Shown: positions 52,971 through 63,809 of the stretch, piece by piece
Position numbering within the stretch: the stretch's first letter is position 1
How the letters are laid out: each line of letters starts with the position of its first letter
DNA from: an uncultured Pelagibacteraceae bacterium
Lineage (GTDB): Bacteria; Pseudomonadota; Alphaproteobacteria; Pelagibacterales; Pelagibacteraceae
Direction of reading: 5' to 3'
Assembly: GCA_902571375.1 (NCBI GenBank)
Contig: CACGBP010000002.1
Location: 113,986-177,985, forward strand
Length of the DNA stretch: 64,000 nucleotides
The notes under the pieces: model-generated
Told to the model about the DNA's origin: nothing
The model's input: the letters and a program-made list of their open reading frames with translations, nothing else
Database searches by the model: none
Made by a program: the position numbers and the translations under genes

Positions 52971-54572
52971 TTATTTACTTGCTGGAGCGTTATCTTTAAA
53001 CAATTTATAATCTAAACTATCTATTAATGCTTTAAAAGAAGCATCAATTATGTTTGTAGATACACCAATAGTAAACCAATTTTTTCCATTAGAGTCTGTG
53101 CTTTCAATAGACACCCTTGTGACAGCTTCAGTGCCTGTATTCAAAATTCTAACTTTATAATCAACTAGTTTTAAATCTTTCAAATATTTTGAATACTTTG
53201 CCAATCGATCTACATTTTGTCTGATAGCATTATCTAAAGCATTTACTGGTCCATTCCCCTCTCCTTCACACATAATTTTTTCTCCATCAACTTCCAATTG
53301 AGCTTTAGCAGAAGAAACTATTTCACCAGATTTATTTTTTTTTACTGATACGTCATACTCATTAATTGATATATATCTTGGGATTTCTCCAATAATTCTT
53401 CTAGCTAATAATTCAAATGATGCATCAGCACCATCGTAACTATAACCAATGAACTCTCTATCTTTAACTTCATCTAATAATTTTTTGATTTTAGGATCAT
53501 TTTCCTCGATATTAATTTTGATACTTTTTAATCTTGAGATTATATTTGATTTGCCCGACTGATCAGAAACAACAATATTTCTTGTATTACCAACATCTTC
53601 TGGATTTATATGTTCATAAGTTTTTGGATCCTTTTGAACTGCTGATACATGTAATCCTCCTTTATGTGAAAAAGCAGCAGCTCCTACATAAGGTAAATGT
53701 TGATTAGGTTTTCTATTTAAAATTTCGTCTAACAATCTTGAACATTCTGTTAAATTTTTGATATTTTTACTCTTAATTCCAATTTCAAATTTTGACGAAA
53801 AATCTTTTTTCAAAAAAAATGTAGGTATCAATGACATTAAATTTGCATTACCGCATCTTTCACCTAAACCGTTTATAGTGCCTTGAATTTGACGAACACC
53901 AGATAGAACAGCAGCTAAAGAGTTAGCAACAGCATTGCCTGTATCATTATGTGCATGTATACCTAAATTATTTCCTGGAACGACTTTTGATACCTCAGAT
54001 ACTATTTCCGAAACCTCATGTGGAAGAGTTCCTCCATTTGTATCACATAATACAATCCATCTTGCACCTTGATCGTAAGCAGCTTTAATACAAGAAAGTG
54101 CATATTTTGGATTTGCTTTATAACCATCAAAAAAATGTTCTGCATCAAACATAAATTCTTTTTTTGCTTTAATAAAATGCTTTGTACTCTCACTTATGTT
54201 TTCCAAATTTTCTTCATTGGTAATACCTAAAGCAACATCAACATGAAAGTCCCATGACTTTCCAACTAAACATACTGCTGGGGTATTTGAATTCATTAAC
54301 GCAGAAAGTCCTATATCATTTTCTGCACTTCGGCCTGATCTTTTTGTCATTCCAAAACATGTTAGTTTAGAGTTTTTAAAATTATGTCTCTTTTGAAAAA
54401 ACTCAGTATCGGTTAGATTAGCTCCAGGCCAACCAGCTTCAATATAATCAACACCAAGATTATCTAAGGCGGATGCAATTTTTTCTTTATCTTCAATAGA
54501 AAAATCTACACCTTGTGTTTGAGCACCGTCTCTTAGTGTTGTATCAAAAATATATAACCGCTCTTTACTCAT
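52971..54572 (-). CDS. cimA: Citramalate synthase (LeuA-like)
   Basis: DTTLRDGAQ, GWPGAN, DAEHFFDG, LCDTNGG, YEHI.PE.VGN.R. Confidence 0.9.
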   Translation of the reverse strand: MSKERLYIFDTTLRDGAQTQGVDFSIEDKEKIASALDNLGVDYIEAGWPGANLTDTEFFQKRHNFKNSKLTCFGMTKRSGRSAENDIGLSALMNSNTPAVCLVGKSWDFHVDVALGITNEENLENISESTKHFIKAKKEFMFDAEHFFDGYKANPKYALSCIKAAYDQGARWIVLCDTNGGTLPHEVSEIVSEVSKVVPGNNLGIHAHNDTGNAVANSLAAVLSGVRQIQGTINGLGERCGNANLMSLIPTFFLKKDFSSKFEIGIKSKNIKNLTECSRLLDEILNRKPNQHLPYVGAAAFSHKGGLHVSAVQKDPKTYEHINPEDVGNTRNIVVSDQSGKSNIISRLKSIKINIEENDPKIKKLLDEVKDREFIGYSYDGADASFELLARRIIGEIPRYISINEYDVSVKKNKSGEIVSSAKAQLEVDGEKIMCEGEGNGPVNALDNAIRQNVDRLAKYSKYLKDLKLVDYKVRILNTGTEAVTRVSIESTDSNGKNWFTIGVSTNIIDASFKALIDSLDYKLFKDNAPASK

Positions 54573-55912
54573 TTAAATTTCCACAGTGTTTTACCATCTT
54601 TATCTTCTATTAAAACACCTTTATCAAAAAGTTCATCTCTAATTCTATCAGCTTCCTTATAGTCTTTATCTGCTCTAGCTTTATTTCTTAAATCTATCTT
54701 TATATTTATTTCATTTTCATTTAATGAAGCATTATTTTTTTTATAGTTTTCCCATTGTTCATTATTTTCATTCAATAAACCTATAAACTTACATGCCGAG
54801 ATAAAAAGCTCTTTATCCTTACCTTTACTAGCATTTTCATAAAGTTTATGAAGATTAGCAATATAACCAGGAGTATTTAAATCTTCATATAAAGGTTTTA
54901 TAACTTCTTCTGTTACTTGGATTGATTTAACATCTGGAGAATATATACGATACCATTTGTCTAAGGTATTTTGACAATCTTTTATTAATTTGTCATTCCA
55001 ATCTAACGGCTGCTTATAATGTGCGCTCATAAGAGCTAACCTCAAAACTTGTCCACTCATCTTATTTTTAAAATCTTTTATTTTTAAAATGTTTCCTTGT
55101 GACTTAGCCATTTTTTCATTAGACATTGTTATGAATGCATTATGAACCCAATATTTTGCAAAAATTTTTGTGTCATTAGCACATCTAGATTGAGCAATTT
55201 CATTTTCATGATGAGGAAATATTAGATCTATTCCACCACCATGAATGTCAAATTCATTTCCTAAAAATTTTTTTGACATAGCAGAACATTCTAGGTGCCA
55301 ACCTGGTCTTCCTTTTCCCCATGGAGAATCCCATGATGGTTCATTTTTAATAGAAGGTTTCCAAAGTACAAAATCCTCGGAATTTTTTTTGTTATCACTT
55401 ATTTCTACTCTTGAACCAGCTATCAAATCTTCTAATTTCTTATTCGATAGTTTTCCATAATCAGAAAATTTTTTAACTTCAAAATATACGTGATGCTTAT
55501 TTTCATAAGCAAAACCCTTTTTTATTAATTGATTTATCATATTAATCATTAAGTCAATATGTTCAGTAGCTTTTGGTTGATGTGTGGGATTTTCACAATT
55601 CAAAAACTTACAGTCATCAAAAAAGCTTGAAGTAATTTTTTCGGTTAACTCTTTAGTTGAGATATTTTGTTCTTGTGAAGATTTTATTATCTTATCATCA
55701 ATATCAGTAATGTTTCTTACATAAGTTACTTTCGAAAATTTATTCTTTAGTAATTTAAAAAGAATATCAAAAATGACTAATGGTCTTGCATTCCCGATAT
55801 GAGGATCATCATAAACTGTAGGTCCACAAACATACATTCCAATATTTTTGTTATTTTTTGGAACGAATTGCTCTTTTTTGTTTGTTAAATTATTTGTTAA
55901 AAAAATATCCAT
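54569..55912 (-). CDS. cysS: Cysteine--tRNA ligase
   Basis: YVCGPTVYD.PHIGNAR, GRPGWH.ECS, HGGG.DL.FPHHENE, KMAKS. Confidence 0.98.
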   Translation of the reverse strand: MDIFLTNNLTNKKEQFVPKNNKNIGMYVCGPTVYDDPHIGNARPLVIFDILFKLLKNKFSKVTYVRNITDIDDKIIKSSQEQNISTKELTEKITSSFFDDCKFLNCENPTHQPKATEHIDLMINMINQLIKKGFAYENKHHVYFEVKKFSDYGKLSNKKLEDLIAGSRVEISDNKKNSEDFVLWKPSIKNEPSWDSPWGKGRPGWHLECSAMSKKFLGNEFDIHGGGIDLIFPHHENEIAQSRCANDTKIFAKYWVHNAFITMSNEKMAKSQGNILKIKDFKNKMSGQVLRLALMSAHYKQPLDWNDKLIKDCQNTLDKWYRIYSPDVKSIQVTEEVIKPLYEDLNTPGYIANLHKLYENASKGKDKELFISACKFIGLLNENNEQWENYKKNNASLNENEINIKIDLRNKARADKDYKEADRIRDELFDKGVLIEDKDGKTLWKFK

Positions 55913-55963
55913 ATAAATTGATTAAGAAATATACCTTATTTAGTGATTTGTTAATCTAATTGA

Positions 55964-56701
55964 TTAACTAGGAATTTTGCATACTGGAATGGGCTCCATT
56001 TTATGCAAATTTTGTTTTCTAATTTTTTCGTATTCTGCTTTATGAGGTGAGTCGGAATTAATCATTGCATCTTCTAAATCTTGATATTTAAAACCTAATT
56101 GACCTTCATCAGTTCTACCGTCATCCCAAAGACCATCAGTTGGAGGAGCGTCAATTATTTCTTTTAAAATGCCCAATTCTTTACCAAGTTCCCAAACATC
56201 AGTTTTATTACAATCTGCTATAGGTGAAATATCAACTCCACCATCACCATATTTTGTATAAAAACCAACTCCAAAATCTTCAACTTTATTACCAGTCCCG
56301 ACTACTATTCCTTTGTTAGCAGCAGCTACTTGATACAAAGTAGTCATTCTCAATCTTGCTCTAGAATTTGCAAACCCATGCTCATTATCGAATCTATTTA
56401 GTGTAGAAGAAAAAGTCTTAAACAAGTTATCTAAACTTATTGTATGAGCTTCTACATTTTTAAATTTTTCAACTAACCATTTTTGGTGTTTCAAACTTAA
56501 ATCATGTTGGTTCTCTTTTTGTTTTATTGGCATTGATAAAACGATCGTTTTTAAACCTGTCATTGCACTTAAGGTGCTTGATACTGAAGAATCAATTCCA
56601 CCAGATATTCCAATTACCAAAGATTCTGCTTTGGTAGGCATTTGATCAACATATGATTTGATCCAATTTGATATATATTTTACTTTTTCTGAAGGACTCA
56701 T
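55964..56701 (-). CDS. nadE: NH3-dependent NAD synthetase
   Basis: GISGGIDSS, N..AR.RM, GFYTKYGDG, PPTDGL. Confidence 0.96.
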   Translation of the reverse strand: MSPSEKVKYISNWIKSYVDQMPTKAESLVIGISGGIDSSVSSTLSAMTGLKTIVLSMPIKQKENQHDLSLKHQKWLVEKFKNVEAHTISLDNLFKTFSSTLNRFDNEHGFANSRARLRMTTLYQVAAANKGIVVGTGNKVEDFGVGFYTKYGDGGVDISPIADCNKTDVWELGKELGILKEIIDAPPTDGLWDDGRTDEGQLGFKYQDLEDAMINSDSPHKAEYEKIRKQNLHKMEPIPVCKIPS

Positions 56702-56739
56702 AATTTATATTTAATCACCTAATGCTAGAAAACAATGGC

Positions 56740-58125
56740 TTAAGATGCCGCTTGAATAGCATTTTTAGAATAGCTGCTATTCTTTTTTATCTCATCTGAA
56801 ATTAAAAATGCTAGTTCAAGAGCTTGATCTGAATTTAATCGAGGATCACAATGTGTATGATATCTACTTGATAAATCGGCATCAGATATTTTTCTCGCCC
56901 CTCCTGTACATTCAGTAACATCTTGTCCAGTCATTTCAACATGTAGACCTCCAGCATAAGAACCTTCAGCTTGATGAACAGCAAAAACATTTTTTACTTC
57001 ACTAACAACATCATTAAATGGTCGTGTTTTAAAACCAGTGGTTGATTTAATTGTGTTTCCATGCATTGGATCACATGACCAAAGAACATTTAAACCTTCT
57101 TTTTTAATACCCCTAATAAGCTTAGGTAAAAACTTTTCTACATTTTTATGACCAAATCTAGAAATTAAAGTTATTTTACCTTTTTCATTTTTAGGATTTA
57201 TTACTTCACAAATTTTTGCGATTTCATCAGGCTTTGATGTTGGTCCACATTTAATTCCAATTGGATTTTCAATTCCTCTGCAAAACTCAACATGTCCACC
57301 ATCTAATTGTCTTGTTCTATCTCCAATCCAAACAAAATGAGCAGAAGTGTCATGATTTTCACCAGTAGTTGAATCTGTTCTAGTCATTGCCTCTTCAAAA
57401 GGTAACAGTAATGCTTCGTGTGATGTCCAAAAATTTACTGTATATAATCTGTTATTAAAGTCTGAAGTTATACCACAAGCATCCATAAATGCTAAAGCAT
57501 CTGCAATCTTATCCTCCAACTCTTTAAATTTTTTTGCTTGAGGACTTTTTTTAATGTAATCTAAGTTCCATAAATGAACTTTATTTAAATCAGCGAAACC
57601 ACCTTTAGAAAAAGCTCGTAAAATATTTAAAGTTGAAGCTGATTGTGAGTAAGCTTTAAATAATCTTTTGGGATCAGGTTTTCTTGCTTTCTCAGTAAAA
57701 TCTATTGCATTTATATTATCGCCTAAGTAACTTGGCAATTCCTTGTCTCCTTGTTTTTCTGTTGGAGCACTTCTCGGCTTTGAAAACTGACCAGCTATTC
57801 TACCAAGTTTTACGACCGGCAAAGATGCAGAATAAGTCAAAACTAATGACATCTGAAGAATAACTTTAAATGTGTCTCTTATATTATCAGGATGAAATTC
57901 TGCGAAACTTTCCGCACAATCTCCCCCTTGAAGTAAAAATGCTTTTCCATCAACAACATCCGCAAGTTGTTGTTTTAGATGTCTAGTTTCACCAGCAAAA
58001 ACAAGAGGAGGAAAAGTTTTAATTTTATTTAAAACTTGATCCAATTCTTTTTTGTCTGGGTATTCCGGAATATGTTTTACCGGGTATTTTCTCCAGCTGT
58101 TTAATTTCCAATTTTTCATGTTCAA
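56740..58125 (-). CDS. Class II DAHP synthase
   Basis: LLQGGDCAESF, GR.AGQF.KPRS, WIGDRTRQ, CDPMHGNT, CDPRLN. Confidence 0.96.
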   Translation of the reverse strand: MNMKNWKLNSWRKYPVKHIPEYPDKKELDQVLNKIKTFPPLVFAGETRHLKQQLADVVDGKAFLLQGGDCAESFAEFHPDNIRDTFKVILQMSLVLTYSASLPVVKLGRIAGQFSKPRSAPTEKQGDKELPSYLGDNINAIDFTEKARKPDPKRLFKAYSQSASTLNILRAFSKGGFADLNKVHLWNLDYIKKSPQAKKFKELEDKIADALAFMDACGITSDFNNRLYTVNFWTSHEALLLPFEEAMTRTDSTTGENHDTSAHFVWIGDRTRQLDGGHVEFCRGIENPIGIKCGPTSKPDEIAKICEVINPKNEKGKITLISRFGHKNVEKFLPKLIRGIKKEGLNVLWSCDPMHGNTIKSTTGFKTRPFNDVVSEVKNVFAVHQAEGSYAGGLHVEMTGQDVTECTGGARKISDADLSSRYHTHCDPRLNSDQALELAFLISDEIKKNSSYSKNAIQAAS

Positions 58126-58154
58126 CTTAAAATTGTTGTATCAGAGTTTTATTA

Positions 58155-59975
58155 TTATTCAACGGTTACGGATTTAGCTAAATTTCTTGGCTTATCGATA
58201 TCATAGCCTTTTTTAAGTGCTGAATAATAAGCTAATTTTTGCAACGGTATAGTTAAAAGAAATGGGAGAAGATCCTCATTAGTACTTTCAACTTCTATTT
58301 TTTCCCAGATATTTTCTGAAATCACTTCATCTTTACTTTTATTTGTGACTAGTAGAACCTTTGCTCCTCTAGCAATCACTTCCTGCATATTAGAAATTGT
58401 TTTTTTATAGTAATTATCTCTTGGAGCCAAAACTACCACAGGCATTCCCTCTTCTATTAATGCTAATGGTCCATGTTTCATTTCACCTGCTGGATAACCT
58501 TCGGCATGAATATATGATAATTCTTTTAATTTTAATGCACCCTCAAGTGCAATTGGATAAGAAAAACCTCTGCCCAAAAACATTGATCCTTTTGCCTCAT
58601 TAAATGTACTTGATATTGTTTGTATTTTATTATCAATTAACAATGTTCGCTCAACCAATTTAGGTAATTCTTTAAGATCTTTAAGTTTTTGTGCAAAGGT
58701 CTTTTTATTTATATCTTTTCTCCATAGTCCAACTTTTAGTGCTAAAATGTACAAAATTAAGATTTGGCCTAAAAAAGCCTTAGTAGAAGCAACACCTATT
58801 TCAGTTCCACAATGAATTGGTAAAACAAATTCAGAATCTCTTGCAATTGAGCTTTCAATGACATTAACAACAGCACAAGTTTTCATGTTATTTTTTTTAC
58901 ACAAATCTAGGGCTGCGTAGGTATCTGCGGTTTCTCCTGATTGAGATACAAAAATATACAAAGTATCTTTTTTAAATCTATTTTTTCTGTATCTAAATTC
59001 AGATGCTATATCTACGTTTACATTTAAAGATGTCAGCTCTTCAAACCAGTACTTTGCCATCAAACATGAATGATAAGCAGTTCCGCAGCCAATTAAAGTT
59101 ACAGTTGAAATTTCCTCATTCTTCCAAGGGAAATTATAAATATTTATATCGTTGTTAGATGTGTCTATGTATTCATTAATTCCATTTTTAAGAGTAACAG
59201 ATTGTTCCTCTATTTCTTTTGCCATGAAATGTTTATAGTCACCTTTGTCATATTTTTCTTCTGAAGAAGACAGCTCTAAAACTTTTTTATTTATCTTTAC
59301 TCCATCTTCATCAAAAAAATCGATATGATCTTTTTTAATTACACAAAATTCACCATCATTCAAATAAGTTATCTTATTAGTCATTGACTTAAGAGCGTAT
59401 GAATCTGAACCTAAGTAATTTTCATTTGGCCCATATCCAACAGCGAGAGGAGAACCTCTTCGAGCACCTACAATTAAGTCTGGTTGGTCTTTAAATAAAA
59501 TTCCAAGTGCAAAACTTCCATGTAAAGATTTTAAAGTTTTCTTTATTGAATTGATAATGTTTTCAGTTTTTAAGTTTTCCGTAATTAAATGAACTATTAC
59601 TTCAGTATCAGTTTGTGATTTAAATTTATGACCTTTGCCAACTAAAAATTTTTTTAATAAAGTTGAATTTTCAATTATTCCATTATGAACAACAGAAACA
59701 TTTTGAGATGAGTGTGGATGTGCATTAATACTGTTTGGTAAACCGTGGGTTGCCCATCTAACATGACCAATCCCAATAGTGCCTTCCATGTTTTGAACTA
59801 AAGAATTTTTCTCAAGGTTGTCTACTCTACCTTCAGATTTTACCTCGTTAATCGATCCACTTGAAAGAGTTGCTATACCAGCAGAATCATATCCTCTATA
59901 CTCTAATTTTTTCAAGGAATTAATTATTGTTGCTGATACTGGTTTGTTACCATTAATTCCAATTATTCCACACAT
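58155..59975 (-). CDS. glmS: Glutamine--fructose-6-phosphate aminotransferase
   Basis: MCGI, LEYRGYDSAG, SQSGETADT, PRNLAKSVTVE. Confidence 0.99.
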   Translation of the reverse strand: MCGIIGINGNKPVSATIINSLKKLEYRGYDSAGIATLSSGSINEVKSEGRVDNLEKNSLVQNMEGTIGIGHVRWATHGLPNSINAHPHSSQNVSVVHNGIIENSTLLKKFLVGKGHKFKSQTDTEVIVHLITENLKTENIINSIKKTLKSLHGSFALGILFKDQPDLIVGARRGSPLAVGYGPNENYLGSDSYALKSMTNKITYLNDGEFCVIKKDHIDFFDEDGVKINKKVLELSSSEEKYDKGDYKHFMAKEIEEQSVTLKNGINEYIDTSNNDINIYNFPWKNEEISTVTLIGCGTAYHSCLMAKYWFEELTSLNVNVDIASEFRYRKNRFKKDTLYIFVSQSGETADTYAALDLCKKNNMKTCAVVNVIESSIARDSEFVLPIHCGTEIGVASTKAFLGQILILYILALKVGLWRKDINKKTFAQKLKDLKELPKLVERTLLIDNKIQTISSTFNEAKGSMFLGRGFSYPIALEGALKLKELSYIHAEGYPAGEMKHGPLALIEEGMPVVVLAPRDNYYKKTISNMQEVIARGAKVLLVTNKSKDEVISENIWEKIEVESTNEDLLPFLLTIPLQKLAYYSALKKGYDIDKPRNLAKSVTVE

Positions 59976-59977
59976 GA

Positions 59978-60601
59978 CTACCGTGACTTTCTTTTATAAT
60001 TTTTAATTTCAGTTTGTAAACTTCTCGTGAGTGCTAAAGATTTTTTGTTTACATTTTTTGTAATGACAGAACCAGCGCCAATTGTACTATCTTGCTGGAT
60101 TGTCAAAGGAGCAATCAAAGATGAGTTTGATCCTATAAAAACATTATCTTTAATTTTAGTTTTGCTTTTTTTAACTCCATCATAATTACAAGTTATAGTC
60201 CCTGCTCCAACATTTACAGATTTTCCAATGGAAGTATCTCCTATATAAGTCAAATGATTTACTTTAGATTTTTTGCCTAAAATACTTTTTTTAATCTCTA
60301 CAAAGTTACCAACTTTAGATCCCTCTTTTAAGACCACCCCAGGTCTTATTCGAGCATAAGGACCAATATCAACTTTATTTTCAACTTTGCAATTTTCTAA
60401 ATGAGAAAAAGATTTTATTGTTACATTATTGCCTATTTTAACTTTTGTTCCAAAAACCACGTATGGTTCTATTGTAACATTTTTTCCAATCTTAGTATCT
60501 TTTGAAAAAAAAATTGTTTCAGGTCCTAACATTTTAACACCTAATTTAAAAAATTTGTTTCTTAGGCTATTTTGAAGCTTTTGTAATTTTGTTTGTTTCA
60601 T
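59978..60601 (-). CDS. glmU: GlmU C-terminal acetyltransferase (left-handed beta-helix) domain only
   Basis: GPYAR.RPG, GNFVE.K, NHLTYIGD, GAGTITCNYDG..K; upstream of glmS; no nucleotidyltransferase domain. Confidence 0.85.
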   Translation of the reverse strand: MKQTKLQKLQNSLRNKFFKLGVKMLGPETIFFSKDTKIGKNVTIEPYVVFGTKVKIGNNVTIKSFSHLENCKVENKVDIGPYARIRPGVVLKEGSKVGNFVEIKKSILGKKSKVNHLTYIGDTSIGKSVNVGAGTITCNYDGVKKSKTKIKDNVFIGSNSSLIAPLTIQQDSTIGAGSVITKNVNKKSLALTRSLQTEIKNYKRKSR

Positions 60602-60672
60602 CTATGAAATTCTTTATATTAAGTATATATCTTTCTTAATTCACAAAATATTTCTTAAAAATACTTTTGATT

Positions 60673-61356
60673 ATGAAACAAAAATTTACAATTCTTTTTG
60701 ATTTAGACGGAACTTTGGTAGATACAGCACCAGATTTAATGAATGCTCATAACCATGTAATGAAAAAATATGGTTACCCAACTAAATCTACAGAAGAAAT
60801 TAGAAATCTAGTTGGTCAAGGTGCAGGAGCGATGCTGGGTCGATCGATATGGGGTCAAGCTAAAAAAGAATTTGGAAATATCCAAGACGATAAAATTAAA
60901 AAAGAAATGGTAAAAGATTTTATTAATTTCTATGGAAAAAATATTGTTAATGAAAGTACTCTTATAAAAGGTGTTAAAGAATTCCTGATTTGGTCAAAAA
61001 AAAATAATATCTCAATGGCTGTTTGTACAAATAAAACAGAACATTTAGCTGTTGATCTTCTAAAAAAAATTGGCATCTATGATTTTTTTGAATATGTAGC
61101 TGGGCATAATACTTTTGATTATTGTAAACCTGATCCAAGACACTTAACAACTGTTGTAGAAATATTAGATGGAGATTTAAAAAAAACATTAATGATTGGA
61201 GATAGTGAGACTGACGCTAATGCAGCTAAAGATGCGGGAATACCTTTAATTCTTCTCGAGGATGGATATACTGAAAAAAATACAACCGAAATTTACCATA
61301 ATCACCTTATAAAAGACTTTATAGATATTGAAAAAATAGTATCTAAATATCTTTAA
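60673..61356 (+). CDS. gph: HAD phosphatase, phosphoglycolate phosphatase-like
   Basis: FDLDGTLVDTAPD, CTNK, KPDP, GDSETD. Confidence 0.88.
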   Translation: MKQKFTILFDLDGTLVDTAPDLMNAHNHVMKKYGYPTKSTEEIRNLVGQGAGAMLGRSIWGQAKKEFGNIQDDKIKKEMVKDFINFYGKNIVNESTLIKGVKEFLIWSKKNNISMAVCTNKTEHLAVDLLKKIGIYDFFEYVAGHNTFDYCKPDPRHLTTVVEILDGDLKKTLMIGDSETDANAAKDAGIPLILLEDGYTEKNTTEIYHNHLIKDFIDIEKIVSKYL

Positions 61357-61410
61357 TATTGATTATTTTTTTTTTACTATTAAAAACAAATTCGTTGATT
61401 AGGAGTTATT

Positions 61411-62913
61411 TTGATTGTTCATAATGTAAAAGTATATCCATCTAAAAAATATTTGCCTAAAAAGAATCAACTTGCATGGAAAATTGCAGAAATTTCAAGT
61501 GACAATGCAGCATTAAACAAAGATGCTATCGAAATGGTTATTAATAGAATTATTGATAATGCTTCTGTTGCAATTGCATCTCTTAATAGAAAGCCAGTTA
61601 TTTCTTCAAGAGAAATGGCATTAAAACATTCAAGAAAAAACGGAGCTACATTATTTGGAGTAAACAGTAAGTTAAAATTTGACTGTGAATGGGCAGCGTG
61701 GTCAAATGGAACAGCAGTTAGAGAGTTAGATTTTCACGATACCTTTTTAGCTGCAGATTATAGTCATCCAGGAGATAATATTCCCCCGTTGATAAGCGTT
61801 GCTCAACAAAATAAAAAAAGTGGTTTAGATCTTTTAAGAGGAATTATAACTGCTTATGAAGTTCAGGTTAATTTAGTAAAAGGAATCTGTTTACATAAAC
61901 ATAAAGTAGATCATATTGCTCACTTAGGTCCAAGTGTTGCAGCTGGAATAGGCTCAATGTTAAAATTAAATACTGAAACAATTTATCAAGCTGTACAACA
62001 AGCGCTTCATACTACGATTTCTACTAGACAATCTAGAAAAGGTGAAATCTCAAGTTGGAAAGCTTATGCTCCTGCACATGCTGGAAAACTTGCAATAGAA
62101 GCTGTTGATAGAGTTATGCGCGGTGAGGGTGCTCCAAGTCCGATTTATGAAGGTGAAGATAGTGTTATCGCAAGAATTCTTGATGGGAAAAAAGCATTGT
62201 ACAAAATTCCTCTACCTAAAAAAGGTGAGTCAAAAAAAGCAATACTTGAAACATATACAAAAGAATATTCAGCTGAATATCAATCACAGGCTTTAATTGA
62301 TTTAGCAAAAAAACTAAAAAAGAAAGTTCAAAATTTAAATCAAATAAAAAAAATAGATATTTATACTAGTCATCACACACACTACGTAATCGGAACAGGT
62401 GCAAATGATCCACAAAAAATGGATCCTAATGCAAGTAGAGAAACATTAGATCACTCAATAATGTACATATTTGCTGTAGCTTTAGAAGATGGTACTTGGC
62501 ATCATGTAAAATCTTACACAAAAACAAGAGCAAGGAAGAAAAGTACAATTAAAATTTGGAGATCAATAAAAACGCATGAGGATAAAAAGTGGACTAAAAA
62601 ATATCATGATCCAAATCCTAGAAAAAAAGCCTTTGGTGCAAAAGTAGTAATTACACTTAAAAATGGTAAAAAAGTTACTGAAGAACAAGGAGTTGCTGAC
62701 GCTCATCCTTATGGAGCACGACCATTCAAAAGAAAAAATTATATTAATAAATTTTTAACTCTAACTGATAATATATTAGGTAAGAAGGAAAGTGATAGGT
62801 TTTTAAAGACAGTACAAAATTTAAGAAAATTAAAATCAGGTCAACTAAATAAACTAAATATAGAGATTAAAAAAAGTAAACTAAAAAGAAATTTAAGAAA
62901 AGGAATTTTTTAA
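61411..62913 (+). CDS. prpD: 2-methylcitrate dehydratase (MmgE/PrpD)
   Basis: [31 protein letters not shown]; TTG start with AGGAG SD at 61401. Confidence 0.93.
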   Translation: MIVHNVKVYPSKKYLPKKNQLAWKIAEISSDNAALNKDAIEMVINRIIDNASVAIASLNRKPVISSREMALKHSRKNGATLFGVNSKLKFDCEWAAWSNGTAVRELDFHDTFLAADYSHPGDNIPPLISVAQQNKKSGLDLLRGIITAYEVQVNLVKGICLHKHKVDHIAHLGPSVAAGIGSMLKLNTETIYQAVQQALHTTISTRQSRKGEISSWKAYAPAHAGKLAIEAVDRVMRGEGAPSPIYEGEDSVIARILDGKKALYKIPLPKKGESKKAILETYTKEYSAEYQSQALIDLAKKLKKKVQNLNQIKKIDIYTSHHTHYVIGTGANDPQKMDPNASRETLDHSIMYIFAVALEDGTWHHVKSYTKTRARKKSTIKIWRSIKTHEDKKWTKKYHDPNPRKKAFGAKVVITLKNGKKVTEEQGVADAHPYGARPFKRKNYINKFLTLTDNILGKKESDRFLKTVQNLRKLKSGQLNKLNIEIKKSKLKRNLRKGIF

Positions 62914-63809
62914 TGCATTTTATTGAAAAAGAACCAAGTCAAAAAAGAGAGGATTTTGTTAACAAATTAAAATCAAATAAGATTTTAAGAGTTCCAGGTG
63001 CTTTTAATCCTCTTACTGCAAAATTAATTGAAGAAATTGGCTATGATGCTGTTTATGTTTCTGGTGGTGTGATGGCAAATGATCTTGGTTTTCCAGATAT
63101 AGGTTTAACAACATTGCAAGATGTAAGCACACGATCATATTTAATTTCAAGAGTAACTAATCTTCCAACAATTGTTGATATAGATACCGGATTTAAATCC
63201 TGTAAAGAAACAATAGAAACTTTTGAAGAATTTGGAATTTCTGCTGTTCATTTGGAAGATCAAATTGAAAGGAAGAGATGTGGTCACTTAGATAATAAAG
63301 AACTTATTTCAACAGATGCAATGATAAAAAAAATAAAAGAATGTGTGTCTTCAAGAAAAGATGAAAATTTTAAGATAATCGCTAGATCTGATGCTAAAAG
63401 TGTTGAAGGTATCGATAAAATGATAGATAGATGTAAAGCATATATTGATGCTGGTGCTGAAATTATCTTTCCAGAGGCATTACACGATGAAAAAGATTTT
63501 GAAAAAGTAAGAAAAGAACTTTCATGTTACTTGCTTGCTAATATGACTGAATTTGGAAAAACAAAGTTATTCAATTACAAAGAGCTAGAACGATTTGGTT
63601 ATAATATTGTTATTTATCCAGTTACAACTCAAAGATTGGCAATGAAAAATGTAGAAGATGGATTAAGGGACATTTATGCAAATGGACACCAAAACAATAT
63701 TATTGATAAAATGCAAACTAGAAAAAGATTATATGAACTCGTTGATTACGAAAAATATAACAGTTTAGATGAAAAGATTTATAATTTTAATACAGAAGGA
63801 CATGAATAA
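62913..63809 (+). CDS. prpB: Methylisocitrate lyase
   Basis: DIDTGF, EDQ..KRCGH, ANMTEFGKT; between prpD and a citrate-synthase-family gene. Confidence 0.93.
   Translation: MHFIEKEPSQKREDFVNKLKSNKILRVPGAFNPLTAKLIEEIGYDAVYVSGGVMANDLGFPDIGLTTLQDVSTRSYLISRVTNLPTIVDIDTGFKSCKETIETFEEFGISAVHLEDQIERKRCGHLDNKELISTDAMIKKIKECVSSRKDENFKIIARSDAKSVEGIDKMIDRCKAYIDAGAEIIFPEALHDEKDFEKVRKELSCYLLANMTEFGKTKLFNYKELERFGYNIVIYPVTTQRLAMKNVEDGLRDIYANGHQNNIIDKMQTRKRLYELVDYEKYNSLDEKIYNFNTEGHE

Noticed and set aside
46483-62296. Short alternative-frame ORFs within pur, trmJ, cimA, cysS, glmS, gph and prpD
   Set aside because: Nested in well-supported genes with no independent coding signal
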